Shown in pieces: positions 8,627 to 17,529 of a stretch of 64,000 nt of DNA. The DNA is taken from assembly GCA_028712475.1 (NCBI GenBank), contig JAQTQB010000010.1:50077-114076 (forward strand). Direction: 5' to 3'. Made by a program: the position numbers and the translations under genes. How positions within the stretch are numbered: position 1 is the first letter of the stretch; each line of letters opens with the position of its first letter. The notes under the pieces were generated by a model that was not told where the DNA came from, made no database searches, and worked only from the letters and a program-made list of their open reading frames with translations. Source of the stretch: Verrucomicrobiales bacterium (GTDB lineage Bacteria > Verrucomicrobiota > Verrucomicrobiia > Limisphaerales > UBA11358).

Positions 8627-9814
8627 TCACCTCAACTTCAGCGTGGCCAGCGCGACGACCGCGAACAGCACGCACAAAATGTAAAAACGCATCACCACCT
8701 GCGATTCGTGCCAGCCCTTTTTCTCGAAATGATGATGCAGCGGCGCCATCAAAAACACCCGCCGCCCCGTGCCGTAGCGTCTTTTTGTATATTTGAACCA
8801 GCCGGTCTGGACCAGCACCGACGCCGCTTCCAAAACAAAAATTCCGCCCGCGATCACCAGCACGAACGGCTGATGGATCAGCACCGCGATGATGCCAAAC
8901 GCGCCGCCGAGCGCGAGCGATCCCGTGTCGCCCATGAACACCTGCGCCGGATGGCAGTTGAACCATAAAAATCCCAGCCCAGCGCCCAGCAGCGCCGCGC
9001 AAAACACGGTCAGTTCGCCCGCGCCCGGCACAAAGGGGATCTGCAGATACGCCGCCGCCTTCACGTTGCCCGCGAGATAGGTGAAAAATAGAAAAACAAA
9101 ACCCACGATCAGCGTGCAGCCGATCGCCAGCCCGTCAAGGCCGTCCGTCAAATTCACCGCGTTCGAGCTGCCGACAATTGCGAGCAGCACAATCAGCACG
9201 CCCATAATCGCCCCCACTTCATACGGATATTTACAAAACGGCAGCATCAGGTCGCTGACGAGATTGCTGTGCATGTGGATGATGGATTTTTTCCCGGGGA
9301 ACTGCAGATCGCTCATCGCCGGAAGCTTCAAAAGATAAATGCCGACGAACAATCCGAGCGCGGTCTGCACCAGAAGCTTCACGCGCGGCGGAGTTCCGCC
9401 GCCGCTTTGCCGGACGATTTTCGCGTAGTCGTCATAAAATCCCAGCCCCGCCAAAACCAGAACCGAGAGCATGGTCAGTTCCACCTGCGCGTTCCATTGC
9501 GCCCAAAGCATCGTCGTAAAAACCAGCACCATCACGATCAGCACCCCGCCCATCGTCGGCGTGCCTTTCTTGTTCACGCGGGTATTGGACACGCCCGCCT
9601 CCTCGGCCTTGTCCGCGTAGTCCTGGCCGAATTTCAAATCCTTGAGCCAGCGGATGATTTTTGGGCCAAGCCACCAGCTTAAAACCAGCGCGGTGATCGC
9701 CGCGCCCGCGCTGCGAACCGTGATGTAGCGGAACAGGCGCAGAAACGAGAGCCGGCCTTCCCATGCCGTCCCGTGCGACCAATCCAAGATTTGCTGGCTC
9801 AAATAGCAGAGCAT
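8627..9814 (-). CDS. mraY: Phospho-N-acetylmuramoyl-pentapeptide transferase
   Basis: 395 aa polytopic protein with MraY-like motifs (KGTPTMGG, NAVNLTDGLDGLA, HHHFE). Confidence 0.92.
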   Translation of the reverse strand: MLCYLSQQILDWSHGTAWEGRLSFLRLFRYITVRSAGAAITALVLSWWLGPKIIRWLKDLKFGQDYADKAEEAGVSNTRVNKKGTPTMGGVLIVMVLVFTTMLWAQWNAQVELTMLSVLVLAGLGFYDDYAKIVRQSGGGTPPRVKLLVQTALGLFVGIYLLKLPAMSDLQFPGKKSIIHMHSNLVSDLMLPFCKYPYEVGAIMGVLIVLLAIVGSSNAVNLTDGLDGLAIGCTLIVGFVFLFFTYLAGNVKAAAYLQIPFVPGAGELTVFCAALLGAGLGFLWFNCHPAQVFMGDTGSLALGGAFGIIAVLIHQPFVLVIAGGIFVLEAASVLVQTGWFKYTKRRYGTGRRVFLMAPLHHHFEKKGWHESQVVMRFYILCVLFAVVALATLKLR

Positions 9815-9820
9815 TTCAGT

Positions 9821-11206
9821 TCACATTTTTTCCGACTTCAAAGTTTCTGCGATGCGTTCCAGACGCGACGCCCGCGACGCCTTCAACAAAACCACATCAC
9901 CCGCCTTCAAAAAATTCTTCACCGCTGTCACCGCCGCTTCCACGTCAGCAAATTCAATCACGCGGGTCAATCCCGCCTGCCGCGCCGCATCCGCCATGAC
10001 CGGCGCCATTTTCCCGACGGCGAACAATTGCCCGACTCCCAATTCCGCCGCGCGCTTGCCAACTTCCGCGTGCGCCGCCTCGCTGTGCGCACCGAGTTCT
10101 TCCATGTCGCCCAGCACCGCCACGCGCCGCCCTTGCAACGGCAGGTCGCACAATGTTTCCAGCGCGGCAACCGTCGAGTCCGTGTTTGCGTTGTAGGCGT
10201 CGTCCAGCACTCGCACGCCGTTCGCTTCCCAAAATTGCAGCCGCATCTTCGGTGGCTGGCACCCGGCCAGTCCACGCTGGATTTCAGCGCGATCCAAACC
10301 CAGTTCCGCCCCAACTGCGACCGCAAACATGGCGTTTGCCACCTGATGACGGCCAAGCAGATTGACCCGATACTCACCGCTCAATTCTTTCTGCGGCGCG
10401 TCCACCTGAAACGTCACGCCATTTTTGTCCAGGCGGATTTTCTTCGCGCACCAGCCGTTCTTTTCGTTCAGCCCGACGCAAATAACTTTTGCTTTTGTGC
10501 GCGCTGCAATTTTTCCCGTCCACTCATTGTCGCCGTTGATAAAAAGCTTCCCGTCCGCCGGCAACAATTCCGCGAGCCGGCCTTCCTCCTGTGCAACGCC
10601 CGCGACATCGCCAAAAAATTCCAGATGCTCGCGGCCGATATTTGTCAGCACGCCGAACTTCGGCTGGATCATTTTTACGAGCGGCGCAAGTTCGCCCGGA
10701 TGATTTGTGCCCGCTTCCAGCACTGCGGCCTGATGCGATTTTCCCAGCCGCAGCAGCGTCGCCGGCACGCCGATGTCGTTGTTGAAACTCGCCTCGCTCC
10801 ACAACGTCGAAAATTTCTGGCGCAAGACGGACGCAAGCAATTCCTTCGTCGTCGTCTTGCCATTCGAGCCGCCGACCACAATGACCGGCAACGTGAAATC
10901 TTTCCGATACGCCGCCGCCAGCTTGCCGAACGCAGCGCGAACATCATTCACGACCAGCACGGCGCAATCCGGCAGCGGCGCGGGAATTTTTTTCCTTTCT
11001 ACGACGACCGCCGTCACGTCTTTGGCCGCGGCTTCATTGAGGAATTCGTGACCGTCAAAGTGTTCGCCTTTGATGGCGAAGAACAAATCACCCGGCTTGG
11101 CCTGCCGCGAATCGGTGCAGATATTTTCCACCGGGGCTTCCGCCGCGCCGCGCCGGATTTCTCCCGCGCAGGCATCAGCGACAAATTTCAAAGAGCGTGT
11201 TTCCAC
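9821..11206 (-). CDS. murF: UDP-N-acetylmuramoyl-tripeptide--D-alanyl-D-alanine ligase
   Basis: 461 aa. Mur ligase P-loop GSNGKTTTKE and N-terminal TDSRQAKPGDLFFAIKGEHFDGHEF. Confidence 0.9.
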   Translation of the reverse strand: METRSLKFVADACAGEIRRGAAEAPVENICTDSRQAKPGDLFFAIKGEHFDGHEFLNEAAAKDVTAVVVERKKIPAPLPDCAVLVVNDVRAAFGKLAAAYRKDFTLPVIVVGGSNGKTTTKELLASVLRQKFSTLWSEASFNNDIGVPATLLRLGKSHQAAVLEAGTNHPGELAPLVKMIQPKFGVLTNIGREHLEFFGDVAGVAQEEGRLAELLPADGKLFINGDNEWTGKIAARTKAKVICVGLNEKNGWCAKKIRLDKNGVTFQVDAPQKELSGEYRVNLLGRHQVANAMFAVAVGAELGLDRAEIQRGLAGCQPPKMRLQFWEANGVRVLDDAYNANTDSTVAALETLCDLPLQGRRVAVLGDMEELGAHSEAAHAEVGKRAAELGVGQLFAVGKMAPVMADAARQAGLTRVIEFADVEAAVTAVKNFLKAGDVVLLKASRASRLERIAETLKSEKM

Positions 11207-11211
11207 TTAAA

Positions 11212-11943
11212 TCATTTCAGCAAAAATGTGGCCGTGACGACGGCGGTGATGGTTTTCTGGCTCGAACTGGTGTCGCTCTCGCCTTCCCAGCTCGTCCGCG
11301 TGGCGTGGCGCGGCGTGATCTGGAACACGCCCATGTCGGCGTCATGCAAACTGGCAATGGTGCGTCCGCCCTGCGTGGCGATCTGTTCGGCGCGGGCGCG
11401 GGCGTCCTTGGTCGCATCGGCCAGCATTTCGACCTTGGCCTCGCCCGCCTTGGTGTAGATGAACTGCGGCAGGTCGGTAGTAAAAATCATTCCCTGTTCG
11501 ACCAGCGGCGCAGTATCGAGCCGGTCAATCCGGTCTATCTCCCCGCTCTCGACGCGCACGCTCTGGCTCAAGCGATAACCGGTGGTGCGCTGCTGCACCC
11601 AGCCCGACGCGTCCTTGAGCGATGCCTTGATTTCCTCAATGTTGATGGGCGTAAAAACAAAATTGGTGATGCCGCTGCCGGTCAAAAATTGTTCCACTTT
11701 CACACGGTTGGCCTTCAATGCGCGCTGGGCTTCAAGCAACTCTGCGGCTTCCCCGGAAAAATTCCCCCGCCAGACCACCAGGTCGGACTCGATGTTTTTG
11801 TGGGTCGAGCCTTTGACGGTGACAAACTGCGAATTTTTTATCTTCACCCATGCGGTCGTGCCAAGCATGGAGGAAAAAATCAGGCCGGCGGCAAGAAAAA
11901 GGCCGGCGAGCATTCCAAAAAGTTGCGGGCGTGAATGGTTCAT
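11212..11943 (-). CDS. SIMPL/DUF541-like periplasmic protein with an N-terminal TM anchor
   Basis: 243 aa. N-terminal TM helix followed by a SIMPL-like pattern (..YRLSQSVRVES.., ..ARARAEQIA..). Overlaps the ftsI stop by 4 nt and occupies the usual murE slot. Confidence 0.65.
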   Translation of the reverse strand: MNHSRPQLFGMLAGLFLAAGLIFSSMLGTTAWVKIKNSQFVTVKGSTHKNIESDLVVWRGNFSGEAAELLEAQRALKANRVKVEQFLTGSGITNFVFTPINIEEIKASLKDASGWVQQRTTGYRLSQSVRVESGEIDRIDRLDTAPLVEQGMIFTTDLPQFIYTKAGEAKVEMLADATKDARARAEQIATQGGRTIASLHDADMGVFQITPRHATRTSWEGESDTSSSQKTITAVVTATFLLK

Positions 11944-13862
11944 GGCGTCTGCATATTATTCCGGGTTTGCGCCGAGGCGACAACGGCCGGTGCCGCAGCG
12001 GGCGGAGGCGAAATTTGATCCGGCGGAATGTTCAGGTAGCTCGCACAGCGTTTCCCGATTTCGCTGAAAACCGGGCCGCAGAGTGCGCCGCCAAAAGCGC
12101 GGCCACCTTCCTTGGCCGAGTCCATCACGATGGAAATGCAAAGCTCCGGATTGTCCGCCGGGAAAAATCCGATGAACGAGACGACAAACTTTTCGGAGGA
12201 ATACCGGCCATCCACGACTTTTTGCGCCGTGCCGGTTTTGCCGGCGACCGTATAATTGGTGATCGCCGCGAGCGGTGCCGTGCCTTCTTTGCTCACGACC
12301 GTTTTCAACGCTTCGATCATTTGCTTCGCCGTGGATTCCGTCACGACGCGCCGGACGCTTTGCGGTTCGTAGCGCTGCACCACATTCCCGTTCTGGTCTT
12401 CCAGGCGCTTCACCAGCATCGGATGCATGAGCACGCCGCCGTTGGCAATCGCGCCGAACGCCATCGCCATTTGCAGCCGGGTCGCGGCCACGCCCTGCCC
12501 CATCGGAATCTGGACGATGGAATACTTGCCTTTCAACGGATGAACATACCGGCTGGCGCTGGCTTCGTGTGGCAGGGGAATTCCCGTGAAAGCGCCGAGG
12601 CCAAAATCCTGCATGTATTCATAAAGTTTCGGCGCCTGAAGTTGAATCCCGATTTTCGACGCGCCGATGTTCGAGGATTTTTGAAGGACTTGCTGCACGG
12701 TCAGGTTGCCAAAATGATGGCCTTCCGAATCATGCAACGTGATGCCGCCATAACGAAAAACCCCGTTCTCGCAAAAAACCGAATCGCTCAACTTCACCAC
12801 CTTCTCGTTCAGCGCGCCCGAAATCACAAGCGTCTTGAACGTCGAGCCCGGCTCCATCACGTCGCTGATCACGCGGTTCGGCTCGGTGTTCGTGTTGATG
12901 CTGCGGAGATTGTTGGGGTCAAAACTTGGCAGCGACGCCATCGCCAGAATTTCCCCCGTGCGCGGGCGCATCACGATGCCGGTGATGCCCTGGGGCGCGT
13001 GTTTTTCCGCCGCATTGGTGAGTGCAGATTCAACGATGTGCTGGATCGCCGCGTCAATCGTCAGCACCACGTTCAAACCGCCTTGCGCCTGGACGTCCTC
13101 ATCCCGCAGCGCGACCAGTTCTTTGCCACGACTGTCAGATCCCGTCACGCGCCAGCCGGACGCACCGCGCAATTTGTCGTCGAAAAATTTTTCAACGCCG
13201 TCGTAGCCGAACAACTCCGACGTGTGGTTGGTGTTTTCCAAAGTGCCGACGAATCCCAGGACGTGCGCCGCCAGCGGGCCGTTGGGGTATACCCGCAACT
13301 GATCCGGCTCGGCGGAAATCGCGTATTGGCGCAGGCTGCGTAAAAACGCGCGGTTGGCCTTGGATAATTTCTTTTCATCCACGCCAAAAGTGAGCTGGCT
13401 CATCCTGGTCTTGATTTTCTGCCACGTCTCATCCGTGACATTTTTCTGGAGCCGGACGTAATGCAACCCATTGGTGACCGTTTCGCCCTTGGAATTTTTC
13501 GCCACGCGCGGAATCAGCCGTTGATACAAATCCGCCCCGCTCATCCCCAGCAGCGGCGCAATCGCCCGCGCCACGATTGCCTGCTGGCCGCCAATCAACG
13601 TTGGATCCGCGCAGATCGTCTTCACGAAAACGCTCGTTGCGAGCTGGTTGCCGTTCGCGTCCAGAATGTCGCCGCGCTTCGCCGGGTGCCAGGTGGTCTG
13701 CAGCGATTTTTTCTCGGCCATTTTCACCAGCTCATCGTGCCGCCACACCTGCAAGTCCATCAGCCGGAAACCCAGCCCGACGAACGCCAGGACGACCAGC
13801 CCCAGCAATGCCAGCGCACGAATGAATTGTTGCCGCCGTTTGATCATCCTAAAAACGGCCAA
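11940..13862 (-). CDS. ftsI: Penicillin-binding protein 3-like transpeptidase FtsI
   Basis: 640 aa. N-terminal TM helix, then STFK (EPGSTFKTL), SSN (KSSNIGA) and KTGT (AGKTGTA) motifs. Confidence 0.9.
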   Translation of the reverse strand: MAVFRMIKRRQQFIRALALLGLVVLAFVGLGFRLMDLQVWRHDELVKMAEKKSLQTTWHPAKRGDILDANGNQLATSVFVKTICADPTLIGGQQAIVARAIAPLLGMSGADLYQRLIPRVAKNSKGETVTNGLHYVRLQKNVTDETWQKIKTRMSQLTFGVDEKKLSKANRAFLRSLRQYAISAEPDQLRVYPNGPLAAHVLGFVGTLENTNHTSELFGYDGVEKFFDDKLRGASGWRVTGSDSRGKELVALRDEDVQAQGGLNVVLTIDAAIQHIVESALTNAAEKHAPQGITGIVMRPRTGEILAMASLPSFDPNNLRSINTNTEPNRVISDVMEPGSTFKTLVISGALNEKVVKLSDSVFCENGVFRYGGITLHDSEGHHFGNLTVQQVLQKSSNIGASKIGIQLQAPKLYEYMQDFGLGAFTGIPLPHEASASRYVHPLKGKYSIVQIPMGQGVAATRLQMAMAFGAIANGGVLMHPMLVKRLEDQNGNVVQRYEPQSVRRVVTESTAKQMIEALKTVVSKEGTAPLAAITNYTVAGKTGTAQKVVDGRYSSEKFVVSFIGFFPADNPELCISIVMDSAKEGGRAFGGALCGPVFSEIGKRCASYLNIPPDQISPPPAAAPAVVASAQTRNNMQTP

Positions 13863-13925
13863 CCGCCCGTGGCTTTCGGTCCCTCAACCGAAGGTGTCAC
13901 GGGCGGCGGCCAAAAGTTTTCATGT

Positions 13926-14309
13926 TTATTGTGTCCTCGCGTCCGCCTGCCGCACGGCAAGCTGGCGCGGTAAATTTTTATTCTCCGGCGCGACAACCGG
14001 AGTTTCCTGCAGCCGGAAAACATTCATCGGCGGCACCGGCCCCAGTCCGAGTTTCAACTCCCGCGCCCGCTGGTCGAGCATCACCGGCGAACGCAGCAAT
14101 CCGAGCTGGTCGTCCAGTTTTTTATTGTCGCGCGCCAGTTGCGCCAGGCGGACTTCCTTTTGGTGAATCTGTTTTCCAAGCTGGTAAATCTGGCTTTTCT
14201 GCCAGACGTAACCAACCGCCGAACCCGCGATCAGCAGGCACAAAAACAACGCCTTCAACGCCGGACCGAACCGGATCGCCGCCGACTGATTTTTTCGATT
14301 TTTTGCCAT
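13926..14309 (-). CDS. ftsL: FtsL-like bitopic cell division protein
   Basis: I take the internal start MAKNRKNQSAA.. because it abuts the rsmH stop. One TM helix (LFLCLLIAGSAVGYVW) followed by a coiled-coil segment. Position between rsmH and ftsI. Confidence 0.6.
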   Translation of the reverse strand: MAKNRKNQSAAIRFGPALKALFLCLLIAGSAVGYVWQKSQIYQLGKQIHQKEVRLAQLARDNKKLDDQLGLLRSPVMLDQRARELKLGLGPVPPMNVFRLQETPVVAPENKNLPRQLAVRQADARTQ

Positions 14310-14310
14310 C

Positions 14311-15243
14311 TTAAATTTTCTCCAGCACCCGCAATTGTGCGCTGCGGCTGCGCGGGTTTTCTTCCATCTCAACTTCACCCGGGAGAATCGCCTTGCGGCT
14401 CACCCATTTCAGTTCCGGCACGCACGGCTGCCGCAACTCCGGCACATCCACCCCGCCGCTGAACTTGTAATCACGCGTCCGTTCGCGGCCAAATTCCTTC
14501 ACCACGCGGTCTTCAAGCGAGTGAAACGTGATGACCGCCAGCCGCCCGCCCGGCTTCAAAATTTTCGCCGCCGCCGCCAGCCCGCGTTTCAAAGAACCGA
14601 TCTCGTCGTTCACCGCGATCCGCAACGCCTGAAAAACCTTGGTGGCCGGATGCGACTTTTTTCCACGGCGCGGGGCCAGCCGTTCGATCAATTCCGCCAA
14701 CTGTCTGGTCGTCGTAAATTTTCGCAGCGCGCGGTCATGAACAATTGCCTTCGCAAAACGCCGCGAATCCCGTTCATCACCAAACTCCCAAAAAATTTTC
14801 GCCAGTTCCCCGGCGCTCAAATCGTTTACCAAATCCGCCGCCGTCTGCGGTTGCCGGTCGTCCATCCGCATGTCCAGCGGGCCGTCCTGTTGAAAACTGA
14901 AGCCGCGTTCCGCTGAATCCACTTGTGGCGAGCTCACGCCCAAATCCAGCAGCACGCCATCGCAGCTCGCCGCCGGAATCCAGTCCGCCAGCTCCGAAAA
15001 ATTGCCGCGCCGGATCTCAAACCGCCCGGCAAATTTTTCCGCCAGCCGTTTCTGCGCGGTTTCAACCGCGACGCCATCGCGATCGCACCCAGACAGCCAT
15101 CCAGTCGGCGAGCTCGCGGCCAGTATTGCTTCCGCGTGACCAGCTCCACCGAGCGTTCCGTCGGCGTAACGGCCGTTCGCCTGCGGCTTCAGGGCGTCCA
15201 GCACCTCCGCCGCCATCACTGATTTGTGAATGAAATCGGACAC
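14311..15243 (-). CDS. rsmH: 16S rRNA (cytosine1402-N4)-methyltransferase
   Basis: 310 aa. HKSVMAAEVL and GTLGGAGH motifs. dcw position. Confidence 0.92.
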   Translation of the reverse strand: MSDFIHKSVMAAEVLDALKPQANGRYADGTLGGAGHAEAILAASSPTGWLSGCDRDGVAVETAQKRLAEKFAGRFEIRRGNFSELADWIPAASCDGVLLDLGVSSPQVDSAERGFSFQQDGPLDMRMDDRQPQTAADLVNDLSAGELAKIFWEFGDERDSRRFAKAIVHDRALRKFTTTRQLAELIERLAPRRGKKSHPATKVFQALRIAVNDEIGSLKRGLAAAAKILKPGGRLAVITFHSLEDRVVKEFGRERTRDYKFSGGVDVPELRQPCVPELKWVSRKAILPGEVEMEENPRSRSAQLRVLEKI

Positions 15244-15263
15244 GGCTCATTGTTTTCGTCGCG

Positions 15264-15794
15264 TTAAAGTGCGGTTGCCTTCATGATGCGTTCGCCCAAA
15301 ACTTCCCACGATCTTTTCGACGGCTGCAAATCCGCCAGCGCCGGTTCGGGTGCCGGGCGTGATTTCATCGGGACAATCTCCACGTCCGCATCGGTCAAGT
15401 CGTTGTGAACCACCTTCACCTTTTCCAGGGAAAGCTCGGCCTGCACAGTCGCCATGCCTTCATCCACGACGTCCGGCGCGGTGCGGAAAAGTGAAACGGG
15501 ATTCAACTTGCTCACCCAGGTCGCCGCGCGGGTCGGTCCCGCCTGCGCTGCAACCACGGGCATTTTCCGCGTTTTCATCCAGGGCAGCGTCGTATTTTTT
15601 CCCGTCAGCTCTGCGGGTTTTTTCGCCGCCGGCTTCGGCAGTTCAACCTGCGTCGCGCCCGTGGCCATCGTTGCAAACGGATTTTTCGGTGAAACAAATT
15701 GCGGCAGATAAAACCGCTTGTCCGTGCGATATGCGGCAGGCTTGCCGCCGCTGATGAAACTTTTCCCGGCTCCAAGTAGTTTTCCAAGGTTCAT
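15264..15794 (-). CDS. Hypothetical Pro/Ala/Lys-rich protein inserted between mraZ and rsmH
   Basis: 176 aa ORF that starts 5 nt after the mraZ stop and ends 20 nt before the rsmH start. I recognise no TM helix and no known motif. Confidence 0.5.
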   Translation of the reverse strand: MNLGKLLGAGKSFISGGKPAAYRTDKRFYLPQFVSPKNPFATMATGATQVELPKPAAKKPAELTGKNTTLPWMKTRKMPVVAAQAGPTRAATWVSKLNPVSLFRTAPDVVDEGMATVQAELSLEKVKVVHNDLTDADVEIVPMKSRPAPEPALADLQPSKRSWEVLGERIMKATAL

Positions 15795-15799
15795 ATTTT

Positions 15800-16264
15800 T
15801 TATTCCATGAGTTTGAAGGCTTCGGTCGCCATCACCGCGTCCGTCGCCTTCACGGTTTCGTAACGGGTCGGATTCCAGATCTCAAAACGGTCGAGCAGGC
15901 CGACGAGCATGACCTCGTCCTTGATGCCCGCCGCGCGCGCCATCTCATCCGGCAGGCAAATCCGACCAGCTTTGTCGAGACTCACCTGGACGGATTCGCT
16001 GCCGATAAATCTTTTGAGGACGACCTTGTTCGGATCGCCGTTGGGCATCGCGTCTATGTCTGCCATCATTTGCGCCATCTCCAGCGGCGGCAATACCCGC
16101 AGACAATTTCCCGCCTGATGCTTCGGCCAGAGAATCATCGTCAGCTCGACACCCTCTTTTTCGGGCCGCCACTTGGCCGGAACCTGAACGCGCCGCTTCT
16201 CATCCACTCCGTGCCGATAGCACGAATTGTAATAAGTCGGTTCCTTTGTTTGCGTCTCGCTCAT
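15800..16264 (-). CDS. mraZ: Transcriptional regulator MraZ
   Basis: 154 aa with the duplicated SpoVT/AbrB-like halves (VDEKRRVQVPAKW and LDKAGRICLPDEM). First gene of the dcw cluster. Confidence 0.9.
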   Translation of the reverse strand: MSETQTKEPTYYNSCYRHGVDEKRRVQVPAKWRPEKEGVELTMILWPKHQAGNCLRVLPPLEMAQMMADIDAMPNGDPNKVVLKRFIGSESVQVSLDKAGRICLPDEMARAAGIKDEVMLVGLLDRFEIWNPTRYETVKATDAVMATEAFKLME

Positions 16265-16295
16265 TTATTCACCAATAACCCCTAAATTGGCATTC

Positions 16296-16336
16296 CCACC
16301 CACAACGCCCCACTTTTAACCACTTTAACCCACACC
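16296..16336 (-). promoter_or_regulatory. Candidate MraZ operator: four GTGG(G/T) repeats at exact 10-bp phasing
   Basis: CCAC occurs on the plus strand at 16300, 16310, 16320 and 16330 (GTGG on the mraZ strand), 35-70 nt upstream of the mraZ ATG. MraZ is known to bind phased TGGG-type direct repeats. Confidence 0.55.
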
Positions 16337-16470
16337 CGTCAACGAAAATCTTTGGGTAAACGAGGATTTATTCAAAAGTTATTCACAATTTGAATTTGCC
16401 GTGGAAAATGCGCCAAACTTTCCCACGTGACAGCTTGAAACTTTAAAGCTGAAACTTGAAACTCGCCGCC

Positions 16471-17529
16471 ATGCGAACCGCCGATTTTGATTATGTCCTG
16501 CCGCCCGAACTCATCGCGCAGCAGCCCGTGCCGAAACGGGATGAATCGCGACTGCTGGTTTTGTCGCGTGCGGACGGACGTATCGAACACCGGAAATTTC
16601 GTGATTTGCTGGATTTTTTGCGGACGGGCGATGTTCTCGTTTTGAACAATTCGCGCGTGATTCCGGCCCGGCTGCGGGGTTTGAATGCGAAAAGCAGAGG
16701 AAAATTTGAAGTTTTTTTACTCGAAGAAAACGCGCTGAACGACTGGTGGTGCCTGATGCGACCCGGCAAAAATGCGCGCATCGGCACCCCGATCATCCTC
16801 TGTGAGTCCAGAAAAATATGCGCGACCGTGGTCGAAGTGAACGGCGAAGGTCATCGGCGGCTCAAATTTTCCGGCACGCCGGACATCAGCCGCGAACTGG
16901 ATTCGATGGGGGAAATTCCGTTGCCGCCCTACATAGAGCGCGAATGCCAGCTGCCTGATGACAAAGAGCGCTACCAAACGGTCTTTGCACAGCCCGCCGG
17001 TTCGGTGGCCGCGCCGACCGCCGGCCTGCATTTCACGGAAGCGCTGCTGGATGAAATCCGCGAACGCGGCGTGAAAGTTTGCTTCGTCACACTGCACGTC
17101 GGCCTTGGAACTTTTCAGCCGGTGAAAGCCGAAACTCTCGCCATGCACAAAATGCACGAGGAACGGTTTGAGGTTGGCGAAGAGACCGTTCGCGCCGTGA
17201 ACGAGGCGAAATCCGCCGGACGCCGCGTCATCGCCGTCGGCACAACGGCGGTTCGCGTTCTGGAAAGTGTTGCCGCAAAAAACACCGGAAAACTCAATGT
17301 TTACAATGGCAAAACAAACATCTTCATTTTTCCACCGTTCCGATTTCAAATCGTGGACGCGCTGCTGACCAACTTTCACCTGCCCTGCTCCACGCTGCTG
17401 ATGCTGGTGAGCGCCTTCGCCGCACCGGGCGAAACGCGCGGGCGCAAGATGGTTCTGTCCGCCTACGCCGAGGCCATCCAGGAACGTTACCGGTTTTTCA
17501 GCTACGGCGATGCGATGCTCATCTCATGA
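16471..17529 (+). CDS. queA: S-adenosylmethionine:tRNA ribosyltransferase-isomerase
   Basis: Reads MRTADFDYVLPPELIAQQP.., with QueA-like sequence throughout. I chose the ATG at 16471. Confidence 0.92.
   Translation: MRTADFDYVLPPELIAQQPVPKRDESRLLVLSRADGRIEHRKFRDLLDFLRTGDVLVLNNSRVIPARLRGLNAKSRGKFEVFLLEENALNDWWCLMRPGKNARIGTPIILCESRKICATVVEVNGEGHRRLKFSGTPDISRELDSMGEIPLPPYIERECQLPDDKERYQTVFAQPAGSVAAPTAGLHFTEALLDEIRERGVKVCFVTLHVGLGTFQPVKAETLAMHKMHEERFEVGEETVRAVNEAKSAGRRVIAVGTTAVRVLESVAAKNTGKLNVYNGKTNIFIFPPFRFQIVDALLTNFHLPCSTLLMLVSAFAAPGETRGRKMVLSAYAEAIQERYRFFSYGDAMLIS

Noticed and set aside
9773-11458. 561-aa plus-strand ORF. Similar long antisense ORFs lie at 11850..13343, 20076..21155, 21954..22988, 24506..26272, 41079..42812, 43038..44189, 45399..46946, 49598..51217, 56446..57552 and 62262..63428.
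   Set aside because: Each lies opposite a gene with unmistakable family motifs (murF, ftsI, sucC, sucD, gltA, the giant activase fusion, radical SAM, mntH, ilvB, pth/rplY). Their translations are Arg/Ala/Gly/His-rich with no motifs. These are shadow ORFs of GC-rich DNA.
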